Positions 61,546-64,000 of a stretch of 64,000 nt of DNA are shown here, one piece after another (the stretch's first letter is position 1; each line of letters begins with the position of its first letter). The stretch lies in contig NC_052158.1 in the NCBI RefSeq assembly GCF_902713615.1, positions 38,369,729 through 38,433,728 on the forward strand, in the 5' to 3' direction. A program made the translations under genes and the position numbers. The stretch is from Scyliorhinus canicula. Lineage: Eukaryota. The notes beneath the pieces were generated by a model, which did no database searches, was not told the origin of the DNA, and saw only the letters and a list, made by a program, of their open reading frames with translations.

Positions 61546-64000
61546 CTCAGGTGGAGGGCTGGTGTCTGAGGTGGAGGGCTGGTGTCTGAGGTGGAGGGCT
61601 GGTGTCTGAGGTGGAGGGCTGGTGTCTGAGTTGGAGGGCTGGTGTCTGAGGTGGAGGGCTGGTGTCTCAGGTGGAGGGCTGGTGTGTGAGGTGGAGGGCT
61701 GGTGTGTGAGGTGGACTGGTGTGTGAGGTGGAGGGCTGGCATCTGAGGTGGAGGGAAGGTGTCTGAGGTGGAGGGCTGGTGTCTGAGTTGGAGGGCTGGT
61801 GTCTGAGGTGGAGGGCTGGTGTCTCAGGTGGAGAGCTGGTGTCTGAGGTGGAGGGCTGGTGTCTCAGGTGGAGGGCTGGCGTCTCAGGTGGAGGGCTGGC
61901 GTCTCAGGTGGAGGGCTGGCGTCTGATGTGGAAGGCTGGTGTCTCAGGTGGAGGGCTGCTGTCTGAGGTGGAGGACTAGTGTCTCAGTTGGAGGGCTGGT
62001 GTCGGAGTTGGAGGGCTGGTGTCTGAGTGGGAGGGCTGGTGTCTGAGTTGGAGGGCTGGTGTCTGAGTGGGAGGGCTGGTGTCTGAGGTGGAGGGCTGGT
62101 GTCTCAGCTGGAGGGCTGCTGTTTGAGGTGGAGGGCTGGTGTCTCAGGTGGAGGGCTGGTGTCTCAGGTGGAGGGCTGGTGTCTCAGGTGGAGGGCTGGT
62201 GTGTGAGGTGGAGGGCTGGTGTCTCAGGTGGAGGGCTGGTGTGTGAGGTGGAGGGCTGGTGTGTGAGGTGGAGGGCTGGTGTCTCAGGTAGAGGGCTGGT
62301 GTCTCAGGTGGAGGGCTGGTGTCTCAGGTGGAGGGCTGGTGTCTCAGGTGGAGGGCTGGTGTGTGAGGTGGAGGGCTGGTGTCTGAGCTGTGGAGCTGGC
62401 GTCTGAGGTGGAGGGCTGGTGTCTCAGGTGGAGGGCTGGTGTCTGAGGTGGAGGGCTGGTGTCTGAGTTGGAGGGCTGGTGTGTGAGGTGGAGGGCTGGT
62501 GTGTGAGGTGGAGGGCTGGTGTCTGAGGTGGAGGGCTGGTGTCTCAGGGGGTGCTATGTCTTTTCGTCCGACGTCATTTCGTCCACCGACACTTCGTCCA
62601 CGTCTTTTGGTCCAACGTCTTTTTGTCCGCCCGTCTTTTGGTCCAACGTCACTTCGTCCAATTATCCAATTACAAATAGTTTAATTTAGTTTTTCAATGT
62701 TACTGCTCAAGGATCCTCTCCACCTATTTCGCCTCTTGAGGTTGAGTTCTGCATTTGTGCTGCTTGATCTCCAGACATTATTAATTGGATATTGGATATT
62801 GGATATTGGACATTATTGCAGGATATTCACCCATGTATGCTCCAGCGTGATGAGAGCCATTGTATCTGATGGAATATTTGATCATTTCAGACCTGTAATG
62901 TCAGAACCCACTGCCAACCAGAGGTTTTAATCACTCGACGAAAATCGAGTTTAAACCTGCTTCTTTCAGAACTGCACTCATTGTCTAAATCCAATTAGAC
63001 TCCCACTTATATCTGTGTCTGTCGGAATTGTAGAATATCAAATCATCTTGTCCTCTCCCCATTATTCTCTCTCGGGTACAGTTCTGGAAATCTAACTTTT
63101 AGGGAATTTCGGGAATTTACAATTTACATCAATTTTATGTAATTTCGGGAATTTTAAGTAATTAGTAAACTTTTAGATTTTTAAACTGCATTTTTAGATT
63201 TTTTAACTTTTTAACTGCATTTTTCAACTTGCATTTTACTTGCATTTTATCAATTACTTGCATTTTAGCAATTAAATTCACTTGCTGTATTGTACTTGCA
63301 TTTTATCAATTAAATGGTTTTATACGGAGTTAATTTGTAATTGGATAATTGGACGAAGTGACGTTGGACCAAAAGACGGGCGGACAAAAAGACGTTGGAC
63401 CAAAAGACGTGGACGAAGTGTCGTTGGACGAAGTGACGTCGGACGAAAAGACGCGACACGGTCTCAGGGAGGGCTGGTGTCTGAGGTGGAGGGCTGGTGT
63501 CTCAGCTGGAGGGCTGGCATCTGAGCTGTGGGGCTGGCGTCTGAGGTGGAGGGCTGGTGTCTGAGGTGGAGTGCTGGTGCCTGAGCTGTGGGGCTGGCGT
63601 CTGAGGTGGAGGGCTGGTGTCTCAGGTGGAGGGCTGGTGTCTCAGGTGGAGGGCTGGTGTGTGAGGTGGAGGGCTGGTGTCTCAGGTGGAGGGCTGGTGT
63701 CTGAGTTGGAGGGCTGGTGTCTGAGTTGGAGGGCTGGTGTCTGAGTTGGAGGGCTGGTGTCTGAGTTGGAGGGCTGGTGTCTCAGGTGGAGGGCTGGTGT
63801 CTCAGGTGGAGGGCTGGTGTCTCAGCTGGAGGGCTGGTGTCTCAGCTGGAGGGCTGGCATCTGAGCTGTGGGGCTGGCGTCTGAGGTGGAGGGCTGGTGT
63901 CTGAGGTGGAGGGCTGGTGTCTGAGCTGTGGGGCTGGCGTCTGAGGTGGAGGGCTGGTGTCTCAGGTGGAGGGCTGGTGTCTCAGGTGGAGGGCTGGTGT
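61546..64000. repeat. 20-bp G-rich tandem repeat (GTGGAGGGCTGGTGTCTSAG)n, interrupted at 62550-63460 and running off the window end
   Basis: About 50 units before and about 27 after the insertion, with variant units. Confidence 0.96.
62550..63460. mobile_element. 911-bp non-autonomous foldback-type DNA transposon, probably Mutator/MULE superfamily
   Basis: 128-bp TIRs (62550-62677, 63333-63460) built from short gtccaacgtc/ttcgtcc subrepeats, 7 mismatches by eye. 9-bp TSD gtctcaggg at 62541-62549 and 63461-63469. AT-rich interior. Confidence 0.82.

Noticed and set aside
61400-63564. WCLRWRAGV-repeat ORFs, and the 20-bp array as a CRISPR or coding repeat
   Set aside because: Head-to-tail satellite without unique spacers, in vertebrate DNA with no cas genes.

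Overview
Vertebrate genomic DNA from a cartilaginous fish; the SINE and CR1 repertoire points to an elasmobranch, plausibly a catshark (inference). One host gene was reconstructed by hand on the minus strand: an apparently intact but divergent MHC class I heavy-chain gene spanning about 45 kb. Its exons are leader 46869-46941, alpha1 17727-17987, alpha2 11783-12058, alpha3 11288-11554 and transmembrane 1629-1733. All junctions are phase 1 with GT-AG sites and there is no stop in 327 codons. The cytoplasmic exon(s) are unresolved. The groove has lost several peptide-terminus anchors (T143M, Y159L, W167L, Y123V by eye against HLA-A2) and has a hydrophobic floor. The protein also has 3 extra cysteines and 5 N-glycan sequons, so it looks like a nonclassical, possibly lipid-binding class I. 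Most of the rest is mobile DNA: CR1 LINEs (one nearly full length, with a 967-aa ORF2 but a FADG catalytic lesion), degraded L1/Tx1, Rex1/Babar, RTE and CR1/L2 fragments, tRNA-derived SINEs, solo LTR-like elements, Penelope remnants with minimal hammerhead-ribozyme motifs, GC-rich Harbinger-like MITEs, a 54-bp minisatellite, and a 20-bp satellite interrupted by a 911-bp foldback element with 128-bp TIRs and a 9-bp TSD. All assignments were made by eye with no database search, and repeat boundaries are approximate unless stated.
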